Assembly: GCA_963783965.1 (NCBI GenBank)
Contig: CAWAPQ010000013.1
Location: forward strand, 367,529 to 431,528
Reading direction: 5' to 3'
Length of the DNA: 64,000 nucleotides
Source: an uncultured Acidimicrobiaceae bacterium
GTDB taxonomy: Bacteria > Actinomycetota > Acidimicrobiia > Acidimicrobiales > RAAP-2
In this document: one piece after another, positions 17,453 to 25,813 of the stretch
How the letters are laid out: every line of letters starts with the position of its first letter
How positions within the stretch are numbered: the stretch's first letter is position 1
Translations under genes and position numbers: made by a program
Notes under the pieces: generated by a model
What the model saw: the letters and a program-made list of their open reading frames with translations, nothing else
Told to the model about the DNA's origin: nothing
Database searches by the model: none

Positions 17453-18822
17453 GGGGTGGGCCCTGTGGGCCCGCGCCCTTGTTGCCGGTTGCCTCGGGCT
17501 GATGCTCGGGGTCACGCTGCTGCCGGCGACCGCGGGCGCAGAGAGCACACCCGGCGTGACGTCGACGTCCATCACCATCGGTGCGACGGTCCCCCTGACC
17601 GGCCCTGCCGCGCCGGGCTACGACGAGATCGCCCCCGCCATGAACGCGCTGTTCAGCTGGGTCAACGCGCATGGTGGCGTCGACGGCCGCAAGATCCACT
17701 ACACGTACCTCGACGACGGCTACAACCCGGCCAACACCGCCACGCTGACCCGCAAGCTCGTGCTGCAGGACAACATCTTCGCCGACGTCGGGTCGCTCGG
17801 AACGCCGACTCAGTCGGCGGTGCAGGGCTTCCTGAACGCCCAGAAGGTGCCGCAGCTCTTCATCGAATCGGGCTGCAACTGCTGGAGTAACTCGAAGTTC
17901 CCCTACAGCCTCGGTTGGCAGCCCCCCTACACCGTGGACGGAAAGATCCTCGGGGCCTACATCAAGGCGAATTTCGCCGGAAAGAAGATCGGCTACCTGT
18001 CCCAGGACGACGAGTTCGGACAGGACGTCGTGAAGGGCCTCGACATGGAGATCCCCTCCTCAGACGTGGTCTCGCGACAGACCTACGACGCGGCGACGCT
18101 GGCCGGTCCGCTGTCCAACCAGATGGCGGCGCTGAAGGCGGCGGGTGCCCAGGTGGTCGTGCTGGCCACCATCCCGGCCGCCACGGCGCTGGCGATGCTC
18201 CCCGCCGCGGTCATCGGCTACGCCCCGCAGTACGTGGTGGACAACGTCGGTGCCGACGCGCCGACGGTGGGGCCGCTGCTCGCCTCGTTCACCCAGAAGG
18301 GCGGTGGAACGGCCGCCCAGGCGCAGGCGGCCGGAGGCCTGCTCAACGGGGTCATCACCGATGCGTACTTCGCCCCCGAGTCCGACACGTCCAACTCGTG
18401 GGTGCAGACGGAGAAGAAGATCCTGCAGCAGTACGCACCCTCGCTCTACGCCAAGTCGGGGCTGGACGGGAACACCCAGTACGGCATCGCGCTCGGCCTA
18501 TACCTTCGTCCAGGCGCTGCAGAAGGCCGGGAAGAATCTCACCCGCCAGAGCCTCCTCGATGCCATCAACAAGGACGGGAAGAGCTTCGTGACCCCGGGG
18601 TTCGTTCCGCTCTCGTACTCGAGCTCGGTGCACTTCGGGTTCGAGGGCGAAGAGGTCGTCAAGTTGGAGAGCTCGGCCCCTCCCGCCGTCACACCGACCG
18701 GCACGTGGATCGGCAGCGTCGCCGTCACTCCGGTTGAGCAGACGAGTCCCGGTGCCGGCCCGATCCACAAGTACACCGGTCCCACCTCGGTCCCGCCCAA
18801 GAATCTGGCCGCCACCGGCTGA
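17427..18822 (+). pseudogene. Liv-type periplasmic substrate-binding (lipo)protein gene interrupted by a +1 frame change near 18492..18496
   Basis: ATG 17427 with AGGAGGAG upstream, then a signal-like WALWARALVAGCLGLMLGVTLLPATAGA. Homology runs to ..GNTQYGIAL in frame 0, then continues as AYTFVQALQKAGKNLTRQSLLDAINKDGK.. in the +1 frame (ORF 18145..18822). The frame-0 continuation is Arg-rich nonsense. Confidence 0.8.
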
Positions 18823-18836
18823 CCGCCCGGCGTCTC

Positions 18837-18866
18837 CGGCGGCGGAGGGTCACCCCTCCGTCGCCG
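18837..18866. terminator. GC-rich 13-bp-stem hairpin between convergent genes (possible bidirectional, tail-less terminator)
   Basis: CGGCGGCGGAGGG-tcac-CCCTCCGTCGCCG, with one G-T wobble on the plus strand. No U-tract. Confidence 0.4.
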
Positions 18867-18901
18867 GCGCGCCCACGGCGAGGACGGGCGCACGCGAACG
18901 G

Positions 18902-19534
18902 TCAGCTGGTCCAGCCGTCCGTGGCGGGACTCGTCGTGGCCGTCCCCGTCCCACCCCCCGTCGCGGTGATCCCGGTCAACGACGGCATGGAGAAATAGGT
19001 GTTGGCGCACGCCAGCGGTGCCGACAGGCTCATGAGGGCGGCATCGCTCAACGTGACGATCAGGGGGTTGTTGGCCTTGCCACTCGCGGCCACCGTGAGT
19101 GGAGTCGTGAGGGTGTGGCTGCTGCCGCTCGTGGCCGTCGAGAAGTTCCAGGTGACGTCGCTCGGGGAGGTGGAGAGACAGCCCGCTTGCGTCGTCGTCA
19201 ACGCGCTCGATGTGTACCCCGTGGCGTACGTCGTGTTCGTCGGCAGCTGCACGGCCGTGATGGTGACCGGGTACGGGTTGGCGTTGGCGATGCTCACCAC
19301 GACGTCGCCGCTGTCGCCGGGGTCGAGCAGGTCACCTGCGGCCGGACTCGACATCGCCGTGATGGTCACCTTCGAGATGGTGGCCGACTGGGCCTCACCC
19401 GAGGAGTTGCTCGTCAGGCCAACGACCCAGTTGGTCGCGGCGTAGGCGGCCGCCCCCGCCAGCACCATGCCGAGCGTGATGGAAGCCGCCTTGAACACCC
19501 ACTGGAACCGCCACGCCTTCGCATGCTGCGCCAC
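18902..19534 (-). CDS. Hypothetical secreted/anchored Thr/Ser-rich protein (TasA/camelysin-like beta-rich architecture suspected)
   Basis: The track ORF extends to TTG 19600. GTG 19534 gives VAQHAKAWRFQWVFKAASITLGMVLAGAAAYAATNW.. (basic n-region plus hydrophobic helix). The rest is T/S/A-rich with the motif LLDPGDSGDVVVSIANANPYPVTITAV. Confidence 0.5.
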   Translation of the reverse strand: MAQHAKAWRFQWVFKAASITLGMVLAGAAAYAATNWVVGLTSNSSGEAQSATISKVTITAMSSPAAGDLLDPGDSGDVVVSIANANPYPVTITAVQLPTNTTYATGYTSSALTTTQAGCLSTSPSDVTWNFSTATSGSSHTLTTPLTVAASGKANNPLIVTLSDAALMSLSAPLACANTYFSMPSLTGITATGGGTGTATTSPATDGWTS

Positions 19535-19681
19535 CGCTTCCCCGCCCCGTCCGTCTCGCCCTCGTGCTGCCTCTGACCCAAACAAGCGTTTCAGAAACAA
19601 CCCTGGGATGGGACTGAGATACGCGCAACCCTGGTTGTGTCACCCGAGGCCGACGGCGCCCGGAGGGCGAGAGAAGCGGCG

Positions 19682-20887
19682 TCAGGCGGCGAAGGGCAGC
19701 TTCATGACCTCCGCGAGATTGCCGCCCATGACCTTCGCCATCTCCTCGTGCGACAAGCCCTCGAGCTCGTCGACGTAGGACAGCGGCTCCGACATGCCTT
19801 CGATGTGCGGGTAGTCCGATCCGAACACGACGCGGTCGGCGCCCACCAGATCAATGAGGCCGCGCGGGTCCTCCTCGTGGAACGGGTGGATCCAGATGTT
19901 CCGCTTGAGCACCATGAGGGGATCCTCGTCGTAGATCGCCGGCTCGTGCGCGTACGAGCGGCCCATGGCGTCAATGAGCGGGCGCACCCACGCCGAGCCG
20001 TTCTCCACGGGGAGGATGCGCAACGTCGGGAACCGGCTCAGCAGGCCGTGCCCGATCAACGACGCCACGGTGTCGAAGATGCCCCGGCCCTGCGTGTGCG
20101 CGATGTCCATGAAGGCCGACTTGCCTCCCGCGAACGGAAGGTGCTCCCCGCCGTGGGTGCCTTCCCACTGGTTGTAGTAGCGGGTGAGGCCGTCGTCGGA
20201 GGCATGCATGCCAACCGTGACGTCCAGCTCGGTCACCCGCTGCCAGAACGGGTCGAACTCGGGGAGCGCGAACGAGCGGTAGCCCCGGTAGCCCGGCACC
20301 GGGGCGGGCCTGATGAGGATCAGCTTCGCCCCCCGCTCGACGACCCATTCGAGCTCCTTGATCGCCTCGTCGACGATGGGCAGCGTGATCACCGGCGACG
20401 CGAAGATCCGGCCCTCGTAGTTGAACGTCCAATGCTCGTGCATCCACTGGTTCAGCGCGTGGACCACGACGTGCGTGGCAATCGGGTCGTCGGCCAGGCG
20501 CTCCTCGAGCAAGCTGGCCAGTGTCGGCCACATGAGGGCACGGTCGAGGCCGAGCTCGTCCATGAGGGCGAGCCGCGGCTCGGGCGAGAAGAACGCCTCG
20601 GGCGAACGGATCGGGTCCCCCATCAGCTCGCGGCGGCTCTTTCCCTCGGGATTGCCGTACTTGAAGAGCTCCTCGGACGCACCCGGTCGGCCGACCACGT
20701 TGAAGGTCGGGTTCGGGATGTACTCGGAGATCACGTTGCGCACGGCGATTTTGGTGCGCCCGTTGACCTCCACGTACTTGATCAGCCCGGCGTACTCGGG
20801 AGGCAGGAACTTCGTGAAGGCGTCCGTCGTCTCGTACATGTGGTTGTCGGCGTCGAAGACGGGAAAGTCGACAATGGGCTTGGGCAT
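19682..20887 (-). CDS. Amidohydrolase_2 (ACMSD/metal-dependent hydrolase) family protein
   Basis: MPKPIVDFPVFDADNHMYE..VVFGSDYPHIEG. ATG 20887 is preceded by GGAGGTGG. Confidence 0.85.
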   Translation of the reverse strand: MPKPIVDFPVFDADNHMYETTDAFTKFLPPEYAGLIKYVEVNGRTKIAVRNVISEYIPNPTFNVVGRPGASEELFKYGNPEGKSRRELMGDPIRSPEAFFSPEPRLALMDELGLDRALMWPTLASLLEERLADDPIATHVVVHALNQWMHEHWTFNYEGRIFASPVITLPIVDEAIKELEWVVERGAKLILIRPAPVPGYRGYRSFALPEFDPFWQRVTELDVTVGMHASDDGLTRYYNQWEGTHGGEHLPFAGGKSAFMDIAHTQGRGIFDTVASLIGHGLLSRFPTLRILPVENGSAWVRPLIDAMGRSYAHEPAIYDEDPLMVLKRNIWIHPFHEEDPRGLIDLVGADRVVFGSDYPHIEGMSEPLSYVDELEGLSHEEMAKVMGGNLAEVMKLPFAA

Positions 20888-21052
20888 GACCACCTCCGGG
20901 AGGACGGAACCGCAGTGCGTGGCATCCACGTGGCGAGCGGCTCGTTTTCAACTTCGACGTCAATATTACAGGATGGAGCGGAGCGGACACAATCGTGACG
21001 GTGGCGACCCCCTCCCGCCGTGGAGGCGGTATCTGGCACGAGGAGAGGGACC

Positions 21053-21068
21053 ATGCAAAGCTTTGCAT
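21053..21068. promoter_or_regulatory. 16-bp perfect palindrome ATGCAAAGCTTTGCAT (LacI-type operator candidate) overlapping the uxaC start
   Basis: Read directly. The same 14-bp core TGCAAAGCTTTGCA recurs at 46357..46370. Confidence 0.5.
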
Positions 21069-22477
21069 CGATGCTCCACCCGGACCGCCTCCTGCCCGCC
21101 GACCCGGGAGTCCGCCGGATCGCCCGGGCCCTGTACGACGGGACGAAGCCCCTTCCCATCGTGAGTCCCCACGGCCACTGCGACCCTGTGGCACTGGCCG
21201 ACGACATCCCGTTCGACAGCCTCGCGACCGAGCTCGTGACGAAGGACCACTACATCCTGCGCATGCTGTACAGCCAAGGTGTGTCCCTCGAGGCACTCGG
21301 CGTACCCCGGCGCGACGGCACACCGGTCGTCACGGACGGAAGGCAGATTTGGCGCGAACTGGCAGCGCGTGCTCCGCTGTTCCGCGGCACGCCGTCGAAG
21401 CTGTGGCTCGACCACACGCTGCAGGAGGTGTTCGGCGTCCAGGAGCCGATCGACGCCAAGAACGCCGACGCCGTGTACGAGACGATCTCGGCCCGCCTGG
21501 CCGAAGAGAGCTTCCGACCACGTGCGCTCTTCGAACGCTTCGGCATCGCCTTCCTCGCCACGACCGACGGCGCCCTCGACCTTCTCGAACCGCATGTGCA
21601 GCTGCGTCAATCCGGTTGGGCGGGACGCGTCGTGCCGACCTTCCGCCCGGACGATGTCATCGACCCTGATCGGCCCGCCTTCCAGGCGCGCGTGGCAACG
21701 CTCGGCGAGCTGACAGGTGAGGACACCGCGACCTGGTCCGGCTACCTCGACGCGCTCCGGAGCCGGCGGGCCTCGTTCGTCGCGGCGGGCGCGACCGCTT
21801 CGGACCACGGGCACGCGTCCCCCGTCACGGCCGATCTTTCACCGACAGAAGCAGAAGCTCTGTTTACGCGCGTGATGGCGGGCAGGGGACAACCGGGCGA
21901 CGCCGATTTGTTCCGCGGTCAGATGCTGGTCGAAATGGCGGCGATGAGCCTGGACGATGGTCTCGTGCTGCAAATCCACGCCGGTGCGTGGCGCGACCAC
22001 AATCCGACGGTGGCGGCCCGCTTCGGCCCCGACCAGGGCGCCGACATTCCGAGGGGGGTCGACTACGTGGACGGCCTCAAACCGCTGCTCGACCGGTTCG
22101 GCAACGAGCAGGGGCTGACCGTCGTCGTCTACACCCTCGACGAGACGACCTACAGCCGCGAGCTGGCGCCGCTGGCCGGGCACTATCCGGCACTGCGCCT
22201 TGGGCCTCCGTGGTGGTTCTTCGACAGCCCCGAAGGCATCCGCCGCTTCTACCGCTCGATCGTCGAGACGGCCGGATTCGCCAACACCGTCGGCTTCAAC
22301 GACGACGCCCGGTCCCTGCTGAGCATCCCGGCCCGCCACGACGTGGCCCGGCGGCTCAATGCCGGCTACCTGGCCGAGCTGGTGGCGGAGCACCGAATGT
22401 CGGAGGAGGACGCCGCGGACACCGCGGAGGACTTGGCCCTCAACCTCGCCTGTCGGGCTTTCCGGGTCGATCGATGA
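21053..22477 (+). CDS. uxaC: Glucuronate isomerase (uronate isomerase)
   Basis: 474 aa. ..LPIVSPHGHCDP..KDHYILRML..LQIHAGA..LGPPWWFFD.. is collinear with UxaC. GGAGAGGGA lies upstream of ATG 21053; ATG 21071 is an alternative. Confidence 0.9.
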   Translation: MQSFASMLHPDRLLPADPGVRRIARALYDGTKPLPIVSPHGHCDPVALADDIPFDSLATELVTKDHYILRMLYSQGVSLEALGVPRRDGTPVVTDGRQIWRELAARAPLFRGTPSKLWLDHTLQEVFGVQEPIDAKNADAVYETISARLAEESFRPRALFERFGIAFLATTDGALDLLEPHVQLRQSGWAGRVVPTFRPDDVIDPDRPAFQARVATLGELTGEDTATWSGYLDALRSRRASFVAAGATASDHGHASPVTADLSPTEAEALFTRVMAGRGQPGDADLFRGQMLVEMAAMSLDDGLVLQIHAGAWRDHNPTVAARFGPDQGADIPRGVDYVDGLKPLLDRFGNEQGLTVVVYTLDETTYSRELAPLAGHYPALRLGPPWWFFDSPEGIRRFYRSIVETAGFANTVGFNDDARSLLSIPARHDVARRLNAGYLAELVAEHRMSEEDAADTAEDLALNLACRAFRVDR

Positions 22478-22992
22478 CGCGCGTGGTGCTCGTCGGACTG
22501 ATGGGGTCCGGCAAGTCCACCGTCGGCGCGCTGGTCGCCGAGCGGACCGGCAGGGCGTTCGTCGACGTCGACGTGGTCATCGCCCAGGAGACGGGCAAGA
22601 CCGTCCGCGCCCTCTGGGAGGAGGGCGGCGAAGCTGCCTACCGCCACCTCGAATCGGAGGCCGTGCTGCGAGTCCTGCGCGACGACACGCCCTCGGTACT
22701 GGCAGCCCCCGGGGGTGCCGTGCTCGATCCGCGCCTGCGCGCCGCCCTCACCGGGAACCTCGTCGTCTGGCTGCGGACCAGTCCGACGACACTGGCGGCT
22801 CGGGTCCGGCCCGGGGATCACCGACCCCTCCTCGGGGACCAGCCCGCTGAGACCCTGGCCGCCATGGCGGCGGCGCGGTCGAACCTCTACGAAGAGGTGG
22901 CGACCGCCACCATCGACACTGACGGCCGCACCGCGGCGGAGATCGCGGAGGACGTCATCGGACTGCTCGCAGGCAGCCCGGCGGACACCTGA
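22474..22992 (+). CDS. Shikimate-kinase-family (SKI) P-loop kinase, translationally coupled to uxaC
   Basis: MTRVVLVGLMGSGKSTVGALVAERTGRAFVDVDVVIAQETGKTVRALWEEGGEAAYRHLE.. closely resembles AroK. The usual GGG substrate loop reads APGG. ATG 22474 overlaps the uxaC stop (ATGA). Confidence 0.8.
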   Translation: MTRVVLVGLMGSGKSTVGALVAERTGRAFVDVDVVIAQETGKTVRALWEEGGEAAYRHLESEAVLRVLRDDTPSVLAAPGGAVLDPRLRAALTGNLVVWLRTSPTTLAARVRPGDHRPLLGDQPAETLAAMAAARSNLYEEVATATIDTDGRTAAEIAEDVIGLLAGSPADT

Positions 22993-23011
22993 CCGACGAA
23001 ACGGGGACCAC

Positions 23012-24829
23012 ATGCTTCGACCACAGGACGGCAGCACCCGCGAGACCAAGCGGCTCGACGGGATCTGGTCCTTCAGCCCGGACAGTGCCGGGGTCGGTCG
23101 CTCCGAGGGTTGGTTCCGCGCCGCCCTCCCCGAAGGTCGTCGGATGCCGGTGCCGAGCAGCTTCAACGACGTGCTGGCCGATCCGCAGGTGCACGACCAT
23201 GTCGGTGACGTCTGGTACCAGCGCAACGCCTTCATCCCGCGCGGCTGGGCCGGACAGCGCATCGTCCTCCGATTCGATGCCGCCACGCACCGCGCCACCG
23301 CGTGGGTCGGGGACTCCTGCGTCGGCGACCACGAGGGCGGCTACACGCCGTTCGAGATTGACGTCACCGCTTTCGTAGTGCCGGGCGAGGAGTGCCGGTT
23401 CACCGTGGTCGTCAACAACGAGCTCACGTGGGAGTCCATTCCTCCGGGAGTCGTGGAGGTGCTGCCGGACGGGACCCGACGGCAACGGCAGTACCACGAC
23501 TTCTTCAACTACGCCGGCCTGCACCGCAGCGTCTGGCTCTACGCGACCCCCCGCGCGCACGTCGATGACGTGACTGTGGTCACCGACCTCGACGACGGGG
23601 TCGGTGTCGTCCGCTACGACGTCGGCGTCGCAGGAGGCGGCTCCCAGGCCGTCCGTGTGCGGCTCCGCGACGCCGGCGGCGTCGTGGTCGCCGAGGCGGA
23701 AGGGGCTGACGGTGTCCTCCGTGTGGCCGAGCCGGAGCTGTGGGGGCCGGGGCGGGGATACCTCTACGACCTGGAGGTCGAGCTCGTCGTCGTCGACGAC
23801 GACGATGACGCCGTCGTCGACCGCTACACGCTCCCGGTCGGCATCCGCACCGTGCGGGTCGAGGGCACGCAGTTCCTCATCAACGACGAGCCCTTCTACT
23901 TCCGGGGCTTCGGCAAGCACGAGGACCTCAACGTGCACGGCCGCGGCCACGACGACGCGGCGATGCTGCACGACTTCTCGCTCCTCGCGTGGATCGGCGC
24001 CAACTCCTTTCGGACCTCCCACTACCCCTACGCCGAGGAGGTGCTCGAACAGGCCGACCGCCAAGGCATCGTCGTCATCGACGAGACGGCTGCGGTCGGG
24101 CTCAACCTTGGCGTCGGAGGAGGAATGTTCCTCGGTGGCCCGAGGACGACCTTCTCGGAAGAGACGGTCAGCGCAGCCACGCAGCTGGTGCACCGTCGGG
24201 CCATTGAGGAGCTCATCGCACGGGACAAGAACCATCCGTGCGTCGTCTTGTGGAGCCTGGCCAACGAGCCCGAGTCCCACACCGCCGCCGGCCGCACCTA
24301 CTTCGAGCCTCTGTTCCGGGCGGCCCGGGAGGCTGATCCGAGCCGTCCGGTCGGATTCGTCAACATGATGTTCGCGCTCCCCGGCACCTGCACGGTGACC
24401 GAACTGGCGGATGTCGTGATGATCAACCGCTACTACGGCTGGTACGTCGAGCCCGGCGACCTCCTGGCGGCGGAGCGAGGTCTCGAGGCAGAGCTCCGGG
24501 CCTGGGCCGCCACGCACGCCAAGCCCATCATTGTGACGGAGTACGGAGCGGACACGATGTCGGGACTCCACACGACGGACGGCAGCATCTGGAGCGAGGA
24601 GTACCAGGTGGCACTGCTCGAGACCTATCACCGCGTCTTCGATCGCACGGAGGCAGTGGTGGGCGAGCACGTCTGGAACTTCGCGGACTTCGCCACGGGG
24701 CCGTCCTTCATGCGTGTCGACGGCAACAAGAAGGGCGTGTTCACCCGGGATCGGCGGCCGAAAATGGCCGCACATTACCTGCGGCGCCGGTGGACCGGCG
24801 CTCCCTGGCGCGTGTCGTCGAATGCCTGA
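23012..24829 (+). CDS. uidA: Beta-glucuronidase (GH2)
   Basis: MLRPQDGSTRETKRLDGIWSF.. is collinear with E. coli GUS (MLRPVETPTREIKKLDGLWAF..). WSLANEPE (acid/base), VTEYGAD (nucleophile), NKKGVFTRDRRPK. Confidence 0.95.
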   Translation: MLRPQDGSTRETKRLDGIWSFSPDSAGVGRSEGWFRAALPEGRRMPVPSSFNDVLADPQVHDHVGDVWYQRNAFIPRGWAGQRIVLRFDAATHRATAWVGDSCVGDHEGGYTPFEIDVTAFVVPGEECRFTVVVNNELTWESIPPGVVEVLPDGTRRQRQYHDFFNYAGLHRSVWLYATPRAHVDDVTVVTDLDDGVGVVRYDVGVAGGGSQAVRVRLRDAGGVVVAEAEGADGVLRVAEPELWGPGRGYLYDLEVELVVVDDDDDAVVDRYTLPVGIRTVRVEGTQFLINDEPFYFRGFGKHEDLNVHGRGHDDAAMLHDFSLLAWIGANSFRTSHYPYAEEVLEQADRQGIVVIDETAAVGLNLGVGGGMFLGGPRTTFSEETVSAATQLVHRRAIEELIARDKNHPCVVLWSLANEPESHTAAGRTYFEPLFRAAREADPSRPVGFVNMMFALPGTCTVTELADVVMINRYYGWYVEPGDLLAAERGLEAELRAWAATHAKPIIVTEYGADTMSGLHTTDGSIWSEEYQVALLETYHRVFDRTEAVVGEHVWNFADFATGPSFMRVDGNKKGVFTRDRRPKMAAHYLRRRWTGAPWRVSSNA

Positions 24830-25772
24830 CGACCAGCTCCCCGTAGAGCTCCCTCCTCGCGGGTGCTTCGCCGAGCATCGCCATGGCCGCGGCACCGACC
24901 TCCCCGGAGGGCAGGCGGATGGTCGTGAGCGGAGGGGCGACCATGGCTGCCATCGGCACGTCGTCGAAACCCACCACGCTGACGTCACGGGGGACGGAGA
25001 TCCCGAGAGCGGTCAACCCGGCGATGACCCCGAGCGCCATCTGATCGTTGAACGCCAGCACCGCCGAGACGCCGCTGGCAGCGATGTCGGGCACCACGCT
25101 CGCCGTGGCCTCGAACGTCGGCTCGCCCACCGAGAGCTCGACCACCGCGATCCCACTGGACCGACCGTTCCGCCGCACCGCGGTGCGGCGCTCGCCGGCC
25201 GCCCACGACCCATTGGGCCCACCGAGATACGCCAACCGTGTGTGACCGAGCCCGGCCAGATGTATGAGGGTGTCGCTGACCGCGGGTGCGGTGCGGAGGA
25301 GAACGGAGGCATGCTCGCGCACGGGGCGGTTGACGAAGACCGCCGGCGTCGACCCCAGGGAGCCGAGGGTGCGATGCAGGCGGCGCGGCGACACGATGAT
25401 GAACCCGTCGACCTCCCGGGACAGGGACTCCGCCGCTCGCACCTCCTCACCCGGGTGCTCGCCGGTGTCTACGAGGAGCACCTGCAGCTCGGCCTGCCGC
25501 GCCGCGCGCTCGACGGATCGGACCACCGCAGCGAAGTGCGGATTGGTGATGTCGGGAACGATGACGGCGAGATTGCCCGTCCGGCCGGTGATCAAGCCAC
25601 GGGCCGCCCGGTTCGGAACGAAGCCGAGCGCGCGTACAGCTTCTTCGACCTTGCGGCGGGTTTCGGGAGCGACCTTCTCGGGCACGTTGATGGTGCGAGA
25701 CACCGTGGCCGCATGCACGCCGGCGCGGGCGGCGACATCGAGGATCGTCGCTCGTTGCTCGCGCCGCACCAC
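24741..25772 (-). CDS. LacI-family transcriptional regulator
   Basis: ATILDVAARAGVHAATVSRTINVPEKVAPETRRKVEEAVRALGFVPNRAARGL HTH, then a periplasmic-binding-like core ending ..LVVRHST. GTG 25772 or 25769. The 3' end overlaps uidA convergently. Confidence 0.9.
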   Translation of the reverse strand: MVRREQRATILDVAARAGVHAATVSRTINVPEKVAPETRRKVEEAVRALGFVPNRAARGLITGRTGNLAVIVPDITNPHFAAVVRSVERAARQAELQVLLVDTGEHPGEEVRAAESLSREVDGFIIVSPRRLHRTLGSLGSTPAVFVNRPVREHASVLLRTAPAVSDTLIHLAGLGHTRLAYLGGPNGSWAAGERRTAVRRNGRSSGIAVVELSVGEPTFEATASVVPDIAASGVSAVLAFNDQMALGVIAGLTALGISVPRDVSVVGFDDVPMAAMVAPPLTTIRLPSGEVGAAAMAMLGEAPARRELYGELVVRHSTTRARERRSTGAAGNVRPFSAADPG

Positions 25773-25813
25773 GCCCGACCCTACACGGCGACCTACGGGA
25801 CCCCAGGGGAAGG

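Noticed and set aside
18480-18500. Programmed ribosomal frameshift as the explanation for the split binding-protein gene.
   Set aside because: No slippery heptamer or homopolymer at the junction (gcgctcggcctatacc), and no obvious downstream stimulatory structure. A mutation or sequencing error is more parsimonious.
20951-20959. Exact 9-mer CAACTTCGA shared by the 20.9-kb and 51.58-kb (51581..51589) divergent promoter regions.
   Set aside because: A 9-mer match in 128 kb of two-strand sequence is expected by chance about once in two windows. It is only suggestive because both copies lie in AT-rich promoter DNA.
25773-25813. Operator expected in the 41-bp gap between the LacI gene and the divergent reductase gene.
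   Set aside because: No palindrome resembling TGCAAAGCTTTGCA is visible there. The reductase start may lie further downstream, so the real intergenic region is uncertain. No site called.
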